From Eubacteriales bacterium (GTDB lineage Bacteria > Bacillota > Clostridia > Oscillospirales > SIG627): a DNA stretch of 64,000 bases. Below the pieces are notes generated by a model. The model was given only the letters and a program-made list of their open reading frames with translations, was not told the DNA's origin and did not search any database. Below are positions 39,656 to 49,899 of the stretch, piece after piece (position 1 is the first letter of the stretch; every line of letters begins with the position of its first letter). Made by a program: the position numbers and the translations under genes. Location of the stretch: assembly GCA_045543495.1 (NCBI GenBank), contig JAZQMO010000010.1, forward strand, positions 2,240-66,239, in the 5' to 3' direction.

Positions 39656-41017
39656 TCAGTTTTTCAGGCTTTGCATGGGGGCGGGAAGTCGGCCGCCACG
39701 GTGAATGAAGGTGGCAGGGGACTTGGTGTTGACCGCCATAACGGGGCCTTCGCCCAAAAGACCGCCGAAGGAGAGGGTGTCGCCCACCTTCTTGCCTATG
39801 GCGGGAATGAGACGGCAAGCCGTGGTTTTGGAGTTGACCATACCGATGGCCGCCTCGTCTGCAATAATGGCGCTGATCACCTCGGGGGTGGTGTTGCCGG
39901 GAATGTTGATCATATCGAGACCCACCGAGCAAACGGCGGTCATAGCTTCCAGCTTTTGCAGGGTCAGGGTGCCGTTTGTGGCCGCATCGATCATACCGGC
40001 ATCCTCGGTCACGGGAATGAAGGCACCGGAGAGGCCGCCGATATGGCTGGAGGCCATCACGCCCCCCTTCTTCACCGCATCGTTGAGCAGGGCAAGACAG
40101 GCCGTGGTACCCCAGGCACCGCATTGCTCCAGACCCATTTCCTCCAAAATATGTGCCACCGAGTCACCCACGGCGGGGGTGGGGGCAAGGGAAAGGTCTA
40201 CGATACCGAATTCCATTCCCAGTCTGCGGCTGGCTTCCTTGGCCACCAGCTGACCCATACGGGTGATCTTGAAGGCCGTTTTCTTAATGAGATCGGCCAC
40301 CTCGTCAATGGGGGCATCCTTGGGGAGCTTAGCCAAAGCGGATCTTACCACGCCGGGACCCGAAACGCCCACGTTGATGACGGTATCGGGCTCACCTACG
40401 CCGTGGAAGGCGCCCGCCATAAAGGGGTTATCCTCGGGCGCGTTGCAGAAGACCACAAGCTTGGCGGCGCCGATGCACTGGCGATCCTTGGTCAACTCGG
40501 CCGCCTCCTTCACGATCTTTCCCATGAGGCCTACGGCATCCATATTGATGCCCGCCTTGGTGGAGCCCACGTTGACGGAGGCGCATACGTGCTCCGTCTT
40601 GGCCAAAGCCTCGGGAATGCTCTCGATCAGTTCACGGTCTCCGGCGGCAAAGCCCTTGTGAACCAGAGCGCTGTAACCGCCGATGAAGTTGACTCCCACA
40701 GTCTGGGCGCATCTCTCCAGAGTCAGCGCAAATTTTACGGGGCTTTGCCCCTTGCAGGCGCCTGCAAGCATGGCAATGGGGGTCACGGCAATGCGCTTGT
40801 TGATAATGGGAATGCCGTAGATCTTTTCGATCTCCTCCGCCACGCTTACCAGATTTTTTGCTTTCTCGCAGATCTTGGCATAGACCTTTTCGCAGGCCCG
40901 ATCAATGTCGGGGTCAATGCAGTCCAAAAGGGAAATGCCCATGGTGACGGTACGAATGTCAAGATTTTCATCCTGGATCATTGCCACCGTTTCCAAAATA
41001 TCCTTGGTATTGATCAT
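39656..41017 (-). CDS. UPF0210/DUF711 (PFL-like) family protein
   Basis: [50 protein letters not shown]. Confidence 0.9.
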   Translation of the reverse strand: MINTKDILETVAMIQDENLDIRTVTMGISLLDCIDPDIDRACEKVYAKICEKAKNLVSVAEEIEKIYGIPIINKRIAVTPIAMLAGACKGQSPVKFALTLERCAQTVGVNFIGGYSALVHKGFAAGDRELIESIPEALAKTEHVCASVNVGSTKAGINMDAVGLMGKIVKEAAELTKDRQCIGAAKLVVFCNAPEDNPFMAGAFHGVGEPDTVINVGVSGPGVVRSALAKLPKDAPIDEVADLIKKTAFKITRMGQLVAKEASRRLGMEFGIVDLSLAPTPAVGDSVAHILEEMGLEQCGAWGTTACLALLNDAVKKGGVMASSHIGGLSGAFIPVTEDAGMIDAATNGTLTLQKLEAMTAVCSVGLDMINIPGNTTPEVISAIIADEAAIGMVNSKTTACRLIPAIGKKVGDTLSFGGLLGEGPVMAVNTKSPATFIHRGGRLPAPMQSLKN

Positions 41018-41029
41018 AGTGACTCCTTT

Positions 41030-41299
41030 TTAAATGCGGTGCATAGAATTGAACAGATCCTCGTGCATCACGTGGATCTTCATTCCCAATTCTGCACCCA
41101 GCTTTTCTGCCTCGTCCACAAATTCCGAGAAGGGAATGGTGATCCCCTTTACATCGCAAAGCATGATCATGCAGAACATATCCTGCATAACGGTTTGCGT
41201 TACGTCAATAATATTGGCACCGTGGTTGGCGCACATGGTAGATACCTTGGCCAAAATTCCCACGGTATCCTTTCCGATTACGGTAATGACAGCTTTCAT
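41030..41299 (-). CDS. ACT-domain protein (UPF0237)
   Basis: MKAVITVIGKDTVGI, HEDLFNSMHRI; canonical neighbour of UPF0210. Confidence 0.9.
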   Translation of the reverse strand: MKAVITVIGKDTVGILAKVSTMCANHGANIIDVTQTVMQDMFCMIMLCDVKGITIPFSEFVDEAEKLGAELGMKIHVMHEDLFNSMHRI

Positions 41300-41435
41300 A
41301 ATGACTCCTTACGTTTATTTTTTCCTATTGTAACATAAAAAGGGGAAAAAGAAAAGCCCCCAAGGGCTTTTTTCAAAATATTTGAGGAAATGGAAGGGGG
41401 GGATCTCTCTCCCGCCGTGGCGGGAGAGAGAACAT

Positions 41436-43181
41436 TTAATTCAAAGCGTATTTTTCTGCATACAAAAGCAGGTTTTTCTGATATTCTCCGTTGCCACGGC
41501 TCAGGGCACGCAGGGTCTCGTGAAGGTCCATTTTTGTTTCCTTCATTTCGTAAATACAGCCTGCAATGTTGGAGCAATGGTCGGAGACTCTCTCTAAATT
41601 GGTCAACAGATCCGACCACACAAAGCCCGCCTCGATGGAGCAGCTTCCTTGCTGCAAGCGAATGATGTGACGGGTTCTCAGGGTCTCCTTGAGTCGGTCA
41701 ATGATCTCCTCCAAGGGCTCCACCACCATAGCGTTCTCCGCTTTTTCATGAAGGAAGGACTCCAGCGCCAGCTCACAGATCTCGCTCACCGCGCCGCAGA
41801 TCACCCCAAGCTCCTTTTCGGCCTCGGGGGTGAAGACAAGCTTCTTTTCCCGAATCTCCTCGGCGGATTCCACAAGGTTGACTCCGTGGTCTCCGATCCG
41901 CTCCAGATCACCGATCATCTTCAAAAGCTTTGTGACCTCGTTTCCCTCGTCCTGACTTAAGTGCTTGTAGCTGAGCTTTACAAGAAAGGAGCCGAGAACA
42001 TCCTCAAAATGGTCCGTTCGCTCCTCGCCCTGACGGATCCGCTCCGCCAATTCGGGGGTGTAGTGCCCGATGGCCTTCAAGCTTTCGTGGAGGGTCAAAA
42101 AGGCGGTCTCAGCCATTTCCATTGCCATCCCGCGGCATTTGCCCAAGGCAATGGCGGGGGTGGAAAGAAGGCGGTCGTCCAATTCCGTTTGCACCTCGGG
42201 AAGCTTGGATTCGGGGATGAGAAGTTTTGAGATCCTCTCCAAAAGGCCCGACATGGGCAGAAGGATCAGGGTGCAAAGGACATTAAATACGGAGTGGCAT
42301 ACGGCAATGCCCGAAAGGCTCGCTCCCTCGTTTAAGACGGCGGGGGAGAAGATGGACTTGACGGCGGCAAACACCGAGAGCCAGATCACCGTGCCGATCA
42401 CGTTAAAGGACAGGTGCACCAAGGCGGCCCGCTTGGCATTTTTGGTGGCGCCGATAGAGGAGAGAAGTGCCGTAACGCAGGTACCGATGTTCTGCCCCAT
42501 AATAATGGGCACGGCGGCACCGTAGCGGATCTGTCCCGTGGCGGCCAAGGCCTGTAAGATTCCCACGGAGGCGGAGCTGGACTGAATGACGGCGGTAAGC
42601 ACCGCACCGGCCAGAACACCGAGAATGGGGTTTTCAAACAGCAGAAACAGCGCTTGGAAGGCAGGGCTGTCCTTCAGGCCCGATACCGCACCCGACATGG
42701 TATCCATACCGAACATCAGGGTGGCAAAGCCCAAAAGGATCACCGCCGTATCCTTCTTTTTGCCGTTTTTGCCAAACATATAAAACAAAATTCCTACCAG
42801 CGCCAGGATCGGAGTGAAGGAGCTTGGCTTGAGAAGGCGGATGAATAGGTTTTCTCCCGATATTCCCGCAAGACTCAGGATCCAGGCCGTTACCGTGGTG
42901 CCCACGTTGGCACCCATAATAACGCTGATGGCCTGCCTTAAGGTCATCAGACCCGAGTTGACAAAGCCCACCACCATCACCGTGGTGGCGGAGGAGCTTT
43001 GAATGACCGCCGTTACGGCCACGCCCGTCAACAGACCCATAGCAGGATTGTTGGTCAATTTTTCCAAAATGGAGCGAAGGCTGTTTCCCGCTCTTCTCTC
43101 CAATGCCTCACCCATCAGGTTCATGCCAAAAAGGAAAAGGCATAACCCGCCGACCATGGTGAGCAGATCAAAAAAATCCAT
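41436..43181 (-). CDS. Na/Pi cotransporter family protein with PhoU-like C-terminal domain
   Basis: Two QSSS repeats, GANVGTT/GQNIGT, DLERIGDH and NLERVSDH. Confidence 0.92.
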   Translation of the reverse strand: MDFFDLLTMVGGLCLFLFGMNLMGEALERRAGNSLRSILEKLTNNPAMGLLTGVAVTAVIQSSSATTVMVVGFVNSGLMTLRQAISVIMGANVGTTVTAWILSLAGISGENLFIRLLKPSSFTPILALVGILFYMFGKNGKKKDTAVILLGFATLMFGMDTMSGAVSGLKDSPAFQALFLLFENPILGVLAGAVLTAVIQSSSASVGILQALAATGQIRYGAAVPIIMGQNIGTCVTALLSSIGATKNAKRAALVHLSFNVIGTVIWLSVFAAVKSIFSPAVLNEGASLSGIAVCHSVFNVLCTLILLPMSGLLERISKLLIPESKLPEVQTELDDRLLSTPAIALGKCRGMAMEMAETAFLTLHESLKAIGHYTPELAERIRQGEERTDHFEDVLGSFLVKLSYKHLSQDEGNEVTKLLKMIGDLERIGDHGVNLVESAEEIREKKLVFTPEAEKELGVICGAVSEICELALESFLHEKAENAMVVEPLEEIIDRLKETLRTRHIIRLQQGSCSIEAGFVWSDLLTNLERVSDHCSNIAGCIYEMKETKMDLHETLRALSRGNGEYQKNLLLYAEKYALN

Positions 43182-43370
43182 TTTGTTTTTTCTCCTTTTT
43201 TCTTATTTCTTTTCCGTTTTTCCTCAGCTTCCATTTTATCATAAAATGATCGAAAAAAACAGCGTTTTATCAAAAACGATCAAAATTTGTCGTTTTGCCG
43301 AATTTGCCCCAAAAAAAGAAAGGGATTTAGGAAAAAGCGCTCATTTTTCACTGTTTTTTCCTTCCGTTTC

Positions 43371-43436
43371 TTGACAGAGACCCCTTGCTGTGTTATACTG
43401 ACCGATAGTTCGAAATCTAACAGTTTGGTTTCTAAC
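43371..43436 (+). promoter_or_regulatory. SigA promoter with tandem candidate MarR operators
   Basis: TTGACA-17bp-TATACT, then GTTCGAAATCTAAC (43408-43421) and GTTTGGTTTCTAAC (43423-43436). Confidence 0.65.
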
Positions 43437-43461
43437 AATATCATTGGAAGGAGCAAGCCCG

Positions 43462-43941
43462 ATGAAACAGGATTGCCGTTTCGAGCACAAGAAGGATGAG
43501 GAATTCCGCTTCGGCAGAGCCTTGGGTCAGGCCAACGTGCGCTTTCGCCGCTTGGGGGATCTAAACCTTTCCCGCCACGGGATCAATATCAGCCAGCTTC
43601 GCATTTTGGGGTATCTTGCCCGAAACGAAGAAAAGGGCGAGATCTATCAAAAGGATCTGGAGGAGGCCTTCGGCGTGCGGCGCTCCAGCGTGACCAGCAT
43701 TTTGCAGAATATGGAAAAGAGCGGGTATCTGGTTCGGGAAAGCTCTCAGCGGGATGCCCGTGTCAAGCGGGTGGTCCTCACCCAAAAGGGAAGGGAATTG
43801 GACCAGACCCTTCTGCGCTACATCCATTCCTTGGAGGAGGAGATGCTATCGGGCTTTTCGCCCGAGGAAAAGGCATCTCTTCAGGGGTATTTGGTTCGCA
43901 TCATTTCCAATTTAGAAAATATTGAAGGGGGAAAAGTATGA
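43462..43941 (+). CDS. MarR family transcriptional regulator
   Basis: YQKDLEEAF..RRSSVTSILQNMEKSG, DARVKRVVLT.KG; ATG 43462 after AAGGAG. Confidence 0.92.
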   Translation: MKQDCRFEHKKDEEFRFGRALGQANVRFRRLGDLNLSRHGINISQLRILGYLARNEEKGEIYQKDLEEAFGVRRSSVTSILQNMEKSGYLVRESSQRDARVKRVVLTQKGRELDQTLLRYIHSLEEEMLSGFSPEEKASLQGYLVRIISNLENIEGGKV

Positions 43942-45671
43942 TCAAGAAATTGCTTTCCTATGTGAAAGAATATAAGGTCTATGCCATTTTGACCCCCGTG
44001 GTGATGATCGGCGAGGTGCTGATGGAGGTTTTGATCCCTCTTGTTACCGCTGATATCATCTCGGGTCTTCAAAAGGGCACGGCCGATGTGGAATACATCG
44101 CCAAGCGAGGCTTATTGATGGTGGGAATGAGTCTTGTATCCTTGGTGTTCGGTGCCTTGGGCGGTGCTCTCGGCTCCCGTGCGGCTATGGGCTTTGCCAA
44201 AAACCTGCGCAGTGCCCTTTTTGCCAAGGTGCAGGATTTTTCCTTTGGGAACGTGGATCATTTCTCCACCTCCTCTCTGGTGACCCGCCTCACCACCGAT
44301 GTCAACCACGTGCAAATGTCTTTTATGATGCTCATTCGCTCCGCCGTAAGAAGCCCTATGATGCTCATCGGTGCCGTGATCATGGCGGTGCGGATCAATC
44401 CCACGCTGGCGGGCATCTTCCTTGTGGCCATTCCCATTTTGGCCGTCTCCTTCGTTCTCATTTCCACCAATGCCCATCCCCGCTTCCGTGAAATGCTGAA
44501 AAAGTACGATGCCTTAAACTCCGCCGTTCAGGAAAACCTGATTGCCATTCGCATCGTCAAGGCCTTCGTGCGGGAAAAGCACGAAATGGAAAAGTTTGAA
44601 TTCAGCGCCGATCAGGTGCGCCGTGCGCAGGTCAGAGCGGAGAAGCTGATTATTCTCAACGGCCCCGTTATGCAGCTTGTGATGCACGGCAGCATCATCG
44701 CCGTTCTTTGGTTCGGTGGAAGAATGATCATCGGCGGCACCTTTGATCTTGGCCTTTTGACGGGCTTTCTCACCTATATCGGGCAGACCCTCACCAGCCT
44801 TATGATGCTGTCGATGCTCTTTATGATGATGATTATTTCCATTGCCGCCGCCAAGAGAATTTGCGAGGTTTTGGGTGAGGTGCCCGAAATCAGCGATCAG
44901 GATGCTGACCCCGCCCTTTCTCCCGAGGATGGCTCCATTGTGTTTGAAAACGTATCCTTCTCCTATCATAAGGATCCCGAAAACTTAAATCTTGCCGATG
45001 TGAATTTTTCCATCCGAAGCGGCGAGACCATCGGCATCATCGGCTCCACGGGCAGCGCCAAAAGCACTCTGGTTCAGCTGATCCCCCGCCTTTACGATCC
45101 CCTTTCCGGTACCGTTTCGGTGGGCGGCCGCAATGTGAAGGATTACACCCTTTCCTCCCTGCGGGATTCGGTTGCCATGGTACTGCAAAAGAATGTGCTC
45201 TTTTCGGGCACCATTCGGGAAAACCTTCTTTGGGGCAATGAAAATGCCACGGAGGAGGAAATGATCGAGGCGGCCAAAAATGCCGATGCCCACAAATTCA
45301 TCTCCTCCTTCCCCGAGGGGTACGAGACCCAGCTGGGGCAGGGCGGTGTGAATGTTTCCGGCGGTCAGAAGCAAAGGCTCTGTATTGCCCGCGCCCTGTT
45401 GAAAAAGCCCAAGATCATCATTTTGGATGATTCCACCAGTGCCGTGGATACCGCTACCGATGCCTTCATCCGTTCCTCCTTCAAGAAGAATCTGGATGGC
45501 ATCACCACTCTTATTATTGCCCAAAGAATCTCCTCCGTGCAGGATGCCGACCGAATTTTTGTATTGGATGACGGAAAAATTGCCGACATCGGCACCCACG
45601 AGGAGCTACTGAAAACCAGCGAAATCTATCGGGAGGTCTACACCTCTCAGCAGAAAGGAGAAGAGGAATAA
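43938..45671 (+). CDS. Heterodimeric ABC exporter, subunit A (degenerate Walker A/B)
   Basis: TMD+NBD; GSTGSAKS, VSGGQKQR, ILDDSTS. Confidence 0.93.
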   Translation: MIKKLLSYVKEYKVYAILTPVVMIGEVLMEVLIPLVTADIISGLQKGTADVEYIAKRGLLMVGMSLVSLVFGALGGALGSRAAMGFAKNLRSALFAKVQDFSFGNVDHFSTSSLVTRLTTDVNHVQMSFMMLIRSAVRSPMMLIGAVIMAVRINPTLAGIFLVAIPILAVSFVLISTNAHPRFREMLKKYDALNSAVQENLIAIRIVKAFVREKHEMEKFEFSADQVRRAQVRAEKLIILNGPVMQLVMHGSIIAVLWFGGRMIIGGTFDLGLLTGFLTYIGQTLTSLMMLSMLFMMMIISIAAAKRICEVLGEVPEISDQDADPALSPEDGSIVFENVSFSYHKDPENLNLADVNFSIRSGETIGIIGSTGSAKSTLVQLIPRLYDPLSGTVSVGGRNVKDYTLSSLRDSVAMVLQKNVLFSGTIRENLLWGNENATEEEMIEAAKNADAHKFISSFPEGYETQLGQGGVNVSGGQKQRLCIARALLKKPKIIILDDSTSAVDTATDAFIRSSFKKNLDGITTLIIAQRISSVQDADRIFVLDDGKIADIGTHEELLKTSEIYREVYTSQQKGEEE

Positions 45672-47566
45672 TGCCACCACCCAAGAGACCCCCCGAAAAG
45701 CCGAAGAATGCGCTTCGCACCCTTCAGCGCACCTTTTCCTACCTCTCCAAAAGCCGTTTGCCCCTGATTTTGTTTTTCACCTGCGTGCTGGTGACGGCAG
45801 GCACACAGGTGCTGGGCGGCTATATGCTTCGCCCCGTGATTGATGAGGGCATTGCCCCCCTTGTGGCCGACCCCGAAAATGCCGCCCTGATGGGACATTT
45901 TGTTTTCCTGTTGGTGAGAATGGGCCTTGTCTACGGCGTGGGCGCCCTGTCGATGTACGTCAGCTCCCGTGTGATGTTGGCGGTGTCCTCCAAGGCCCTT
46001 TATACCGTGCGCTCTCAGCTGTTTGCGGCGATGGAAGCCCTGCCCGTTCGCTTCTTTGATACCCGTACTCACGGAGAACTTATGAGCCTTTACACCAACG
46101 ATGTGGATACCCTGCGGGAAATGCTTTCCAATTCTCTGTCCAATATCGTTTCGGGTCTTGTGACCGTCATCGGCTATTTTGTGGTGATGATCTGCCTTTC
46201 CTGGCAGCTGACCTTGGTGGTGATCGTCACGCTTGTGGTCATGACTCTTGTGACCAAAACCATCAGCGGCAAAAGCGCTCATTTCTTCATCCGTCAGCAG
46301 GCCGCCCTCGGTAAGGTCAACGGATACATCGAAGAAATGATCGAGGGACAAAAGGTGGTCAAGGTCTTCTGCCGTGAAAAGGAGACCAAGGAAGCCTTTG
46401 ACAAACTCAACGATTCCCTCTGCCACGCCGCCACCAACGCCCATACCTTCGCCAATATCCTGATGCCCATTATGAATAACCTCAACCACATCAATTACGC
46501 CGTGGTTGCCACCGTGGGCGCCGCCATTGCCGTGTTCTGGCCCCAGTCTCTGACCGTGGGTACCCTCATTACCTTTTTGACCTGCTCCAATCAGTTCTCC
46601 CGTCCCTTCAGTCAAATGTCACAGCAGATCAATTCCATCCTCACGGCCCTTGCCGGTGCGGAGCGGATCTTCCGTGTCATTGATGAAAAGCCCGAGGAGG
46701 ATGAGGGCTATGTGACCCTGGTCTATGCCCAAAAGGATGAAAACGGAGTCCTGACGGAAAGCGAAACACGCACCGGAATCTGGGCTTGGCGCCATCCCCA
46801 CAAGGCCGACGGCACCGTCACCCTCACCGAGGTCAAGGGCAAGGTGGAATTGGATGGAGTCACCTTTGGCTATGTGCCCGAAAAAACCGTTTTGAAAAAT
46901 GTCTCTCTCTATGCAAAGCCCGGTCAGAAAATTGCTTTCGTGGGCTCCACCGGTGCGGGAAAAACCACCATCACCAACCTGATCAACCGCTTCTATGATG
47001 TGCCCGACGGCAAGATCCGCTATGACGGCATCAACATCAATAAGATCAAGAAGGCGGATCTGAGAAGAAGCCTTGCCATGGTGCTTCAGGATCCCCACCT
47101 GTTCTCCGGCACCGTTCTGGATAACATCCGTTACGGAAAATTGGATGCCACCGACGAGGAGTGCATCGCCGCCGCCAAACTTGCCAATGCGGATTCCTTC
47201 ATCCGCCACCTGCCCGACGGCTACCACACCTTCATTTCGGGAGACGGCTCCAATCTGTCCCAGGGTCAGGTTCAGCTTTTGAACATTGCCCGTGCTGCCG
47301 TGGCGGATCCCCCCGTTCTCATTTTGGATGAGGCCACCAGCTCCATTGATACCCGAACCGAGGCCCTCATCGAAAAGGGAATGGATCGGCTGATGGAGGA
47401 TCGCACCGTGTTCGTCATTGCCCACCGCCTTTCCACCGTGCGCAATTCCAATGCCATTATGGTGCTGGAAAACGGCGAGATCATTGAGCGTGGCAACCAC
47501 GAGGAATTGATTGCCCAAAAGGGCAAATACTATCAGCTTTATACAGGCGCCTTTGAATTGAACTGA
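45671..47566 (+). CDS. Heterodimeric ABC exporter, subunit B
   Basis: TMD+NBD; GSTGAGKT, LSQGQ, ILDEATS, AHRLST. Confidence 0.93.
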   Translation: MPPPKRPPEKPKNALRTLQRTFSYLSKSRLPLILFFTCVLVTAGTQVLGGYMLRPVIDEGIAPLVADPENAALMGHFVFLLVRMGLVYGVGALSMYVSSRVMLAVSSKALYTVRSQLFAAMEALPVRFFDTRTHGELMSLYTNDVDTLREMLSNSLSNIVSGLVTVIGYFVVMICLSWQLTLVVIVTLVVMTLVTKTISGKSAHFFIRQQAALGKVNGYIEEMIEGQKVVKVFCREKETKEAFDKLNDSLCHAATNAHTFANILMPIMNNLNHINYAVVATVGAAIAVFWPQSLTVGTLITFLTCSNQFSRPFSQMSQQINSILTALAGAERIFRVIDEKPEEDEGYVTLVYAQKDENGVLTESETRTGIWAWRHPHKADGTVTLTEVKGKVELDGVTFGYVPEKTVLKNVSLYAKPGQKIAFVGSTGAGKTTITNLINRFYDVPDGKIRYDGININKIKKADLRRSLAMVLQDPHLFSGTVLDNIRYGKLDATDEECIAAAKLANADSFIRHLPDGYHTFISGDGSNLSQGQVQLLNIARAAVADPPVLILDEATSSIDTRTEALIEKGMDRLMEDRTVFVIAHRLSTVRNSNAIMVLENGEIIERGNHEELIAQKGKYYQLYTGAFELN

Positions 47567-47597
47567 GAAAAAGCGAAGCTTCGGCTTCGCTTTTTTT
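47567..47597 (+). terminator. Terminator after the ABC exporter
   Basis: AAAAAGCGAAGC-TTCG-GCTTCGCTTTTTTT. Confidence 0.85.
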
Positions 47598-47649
47598 GTA
47601 AAGGACTTGCAACGGAGAAAAAAGTAGGCTATAATAAAGGGTATGAAAA

Positions 47650-47856
47650 ATGAAAGGGGAGAGAAGGGTGGACCGAAAGAGTCAGGCCTCGTGCGAAACT
47701 TGTCTGTATTTTGATTATGACGAGGAGAATCAGGAGGAGATCTGCACCATGGATATGGATGAAGACGAATTGGAGCGTCTGGCCGCAGGAAGATACGCCA
47801 CCTGTCCCTATTACCGTTTTTACGATGAGTATAAATTCGTGCAAAAGCAGAATTGA
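47650..47856 (+). CDS. Small Cys/acidic protein (DUF6472-like); start may be GTG 47668
   Basis: CETC..F.YDEE....C.MDMDEDE...CPYY..YDEY..V.KQN; downstream of TTGCAA-17-TATAAT (47607-47635). Confidence 0.7.
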   Translation: MKGERRVDRKSQASCETCLYFDYDEENQEEICTMDMDEDELERLAAGRYATCPYYRFYDEYKFVQKQN

Positions 47857-47862
47857 AGGAGA

Positions 47863-48642
47863 ATGAGTATGAGAATTGTGATCAAGGTGGGAACCTCCAC
47901 TCTGGCACACACCACGGGCCGATTGAACATTCGCCGCGTGGAGGAGCTGTGCAAGGTGCTCAGTGACCTGAAAAACACGGGGCACGAGGTGATTTTGGTG
48001 TCCTCCGGCGCCATTGGTATGGGTGTGGGCAAATTGAATTTGAAAAGCCGCCCCAAGGATATCCCCACCAAGCAGGCCGCCGCTGCCGTGGGTCAGTGCG
48101 AGCTGATGTATACCTACGACAAGCTGTTCTCCGAATACAATCACACCGTGGCTCAGATCCTTTTGACGGGGTATGATGTAAGAAATGAAGAGAGCCACAA
48201 TCACTTCTGCAATACCCTTTCCCGTCTTTTGGAATTGGGCGTTCTTCCCATTATCAATGAAAACGATACCGTGGCCACCGAGGAGATCGTCATTGGGGAT
48301 AACGATTCCCTTGCCGCCATTGTGGCAGTTTCCGCCAAGGCGGATCTTCTGGTGCTGCTCTCGGATATTGACGGGCTTTACAGCGCCGATCCCCATACCG
48401 ATCCCAACGCCCGCCTCATTCGCAAGGTCCACACCATTGACGATGCCGTTCTCTCCCTTGCGGGGGATAAGGGGTCGGAGCTTGCCACGGGAGGAATGAA
48501 GACCAAGCTTTACGCCGCCCGTACCGCCACCGAGGCAGGGTGCGATATGATCATTGCCAACGGAGCGGATCCTAAGATCCTCTATGACATTGCCGATAAT
48601 CAAGAGGTGGGCACCCGATTTGTTGCGGGAGGAAAGCAATGA
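47863..48642 (+). CDS. proB: Glutamate 5-kinase (no PUA domain)
   Basis: VIKVGTS, SSGAI, AAVGQ, INENDTV, GDNDSLAA, TGGMKTK. Confidence 0.97.
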   Translation: MSMRIVIKVGTSTLAHTTGRLNIRRVEELCKVLSDLKNTGHEVILVSSGAIGMGVGKLNLKSRPKDIPTKQAAAAVGQCELMYTYDKLFSEYNHTVAQILLTGYDVRNEESHNHFCNTLSRLLELGVLPIINENDTVATEEIVIGDNDSLAAIVAVSAKADLLVLLSDIDGLYSADPHTDPNARLIRKVHTIDDAVLSLAGDKGSELATGGMKTKLYAARTATEAGCDMIIANGADPKILYDIADNQEVGTRFVAGGKQ

Positions 48643-49889
48643 AGGATACACTTTCTATTTTACGGGACGCCAAAAGCGCCGGCCTTGCCATTGCTTCTCT
48701 TTCCTCTGAGGAGAAGAATCAGGTGCTGGAGGAAATGGCCAAGTCCCTCTTGGAGCACGGGGATTTTATTTTAGAAGAAAATGGGAAGGATCTGGAGGCC
48801 GCAAAGGGCTCCATTTCCGAGGTGATGCTGGATCGCCTTCGTCTGACTCCCGAGCGGATCAAGGGAATGGCCGATGGTCTTCGTGCCCTGATCGCTCTTC
48901 CCGATCCCGTGGGCCGTATCCTGAAGGAGTATAAGCGGGAGGACGGCCTTCTCATTCGCCGTATTTCCTGCCCCTTGGGCGTGGTGGGCATCATTTATGA
49001 ATCCCGCCCCAATGTGACCTGTGATGCGGCAGGCCTTGCCCTCAAAAGCGGAAACGCCTGCGTGCTCCGTGGCGGTAAGGAGGCCTTTCGTTCCTCCTCG
49101 GCCATTGTCGTGGCCCTGCAGGAGGCCTTAAAGAAAAAACAGCTCCCCCCCGAGGCCATCGGCCTTGTGGAGGATATTACCCGCCAAAGCGCTATGGATC
49201 TGATGAAGGCGGAGGGGTATTTGGATCTGCTCATTCCCCGTGGCGGCAAGGGGCTGATCCGTGCCTGTGTGGAAAATGCCACCGTCCCCTGTATCCAAAC
49301 GGGAACCGGCATTTGCCATATTTATGTGGATGAAGCGGCCGATCTTGAAAAGGCCCTTCGTATTGTGGAAAATGCCAAGTGCAGTCGCCCCAGCGTTTGC
49401 AACGCCGCCGAGGTGCTTCTGGTTGCCGAGTCCGTCGCTCCCACCTTCCTGCCTATGGTGGAACAGAAGCTTGTAGAGGAGCGAGAGAAAAACCCCGTGA
49501 CCCTTCGCCTTTGCGAAAAGAGCGCTCGGATCATCCGTGGCGAGAGGGCAGGCGAAGAGGATTTCGATACGGAATTTTTGGATTATATTCTGGCTGTCCG
49601 TGTGGTTCGGGATGTGAAAGAAGCCTGCGATCATATTCGGGCTCATTCCACAGGCCACAGCGAGGCCATTGTCACGGAGAATCAGAAAAACGCCGATGAT
49701 TTCGTTTCTATGGTGGATTCCGCCGCCGTTTATGTCAACGCCTCCACCCGCTTTACCGACGGTGGGGAATTCGGCTTGGGCTGTGAAATGGGAATTTCCA
49801 CCCAAAAGCTCCACGCCCGAGGCCCCATGGGTCTGGAGGAGCTTTGCTCATACAAATACGTGATTTCCGGCAACGGAAACATCAGATAA
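48639..49889 (+). CDS. proA: Gamma-glutamyl phosphate reductase
   Basis: IYESRPNVT, PSVCNAAE, NASTRFTDGGEFGLG, KLHARGP. Confidence 0.98.
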   Translation: MKDTLSILRDAKSAGLAIASLSSEEKNQVLEEMAKSLLEHGDFILEENGKDLEAAKGSISEVMLDRLRLTPERIKGMADGLRALIALPDPVGRILKEYKREDGLLIRRISCPLGVVGIIYESRPNVTCDAAGLALKSGNACVLRGGKEAFRSSSAIVVALQEALKKKQLPPEAIGLVEDITRQSAMDLMKAEGYLDLLIPRGGKGLIRACVENATVPCIQTGTGICHIYVDEAADLEKALRIVENAKCSRPSVCNAAEVLLVAESVAPTFLPMVEQKLVEEREKNPVTLRLCEKSARIIRGERAGEEDFDTEFLDYILAVRVVRDVKEACDHIRAHSTGHSEAIVTENQKNADDFVSMVDSAAVYVNASTRFTDGGEFGLGCEMGISTQKLHARGPMGLEELCSYKYVISGNGNIR

Positions 49890-49899
49890 GGAGAAGGAT

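Noticed and set aside
39137-41338. 733-aa plus-strand ORF
   Set aside because: Antisense shadow of the methyltransferase, UPF0210 and ACT genes
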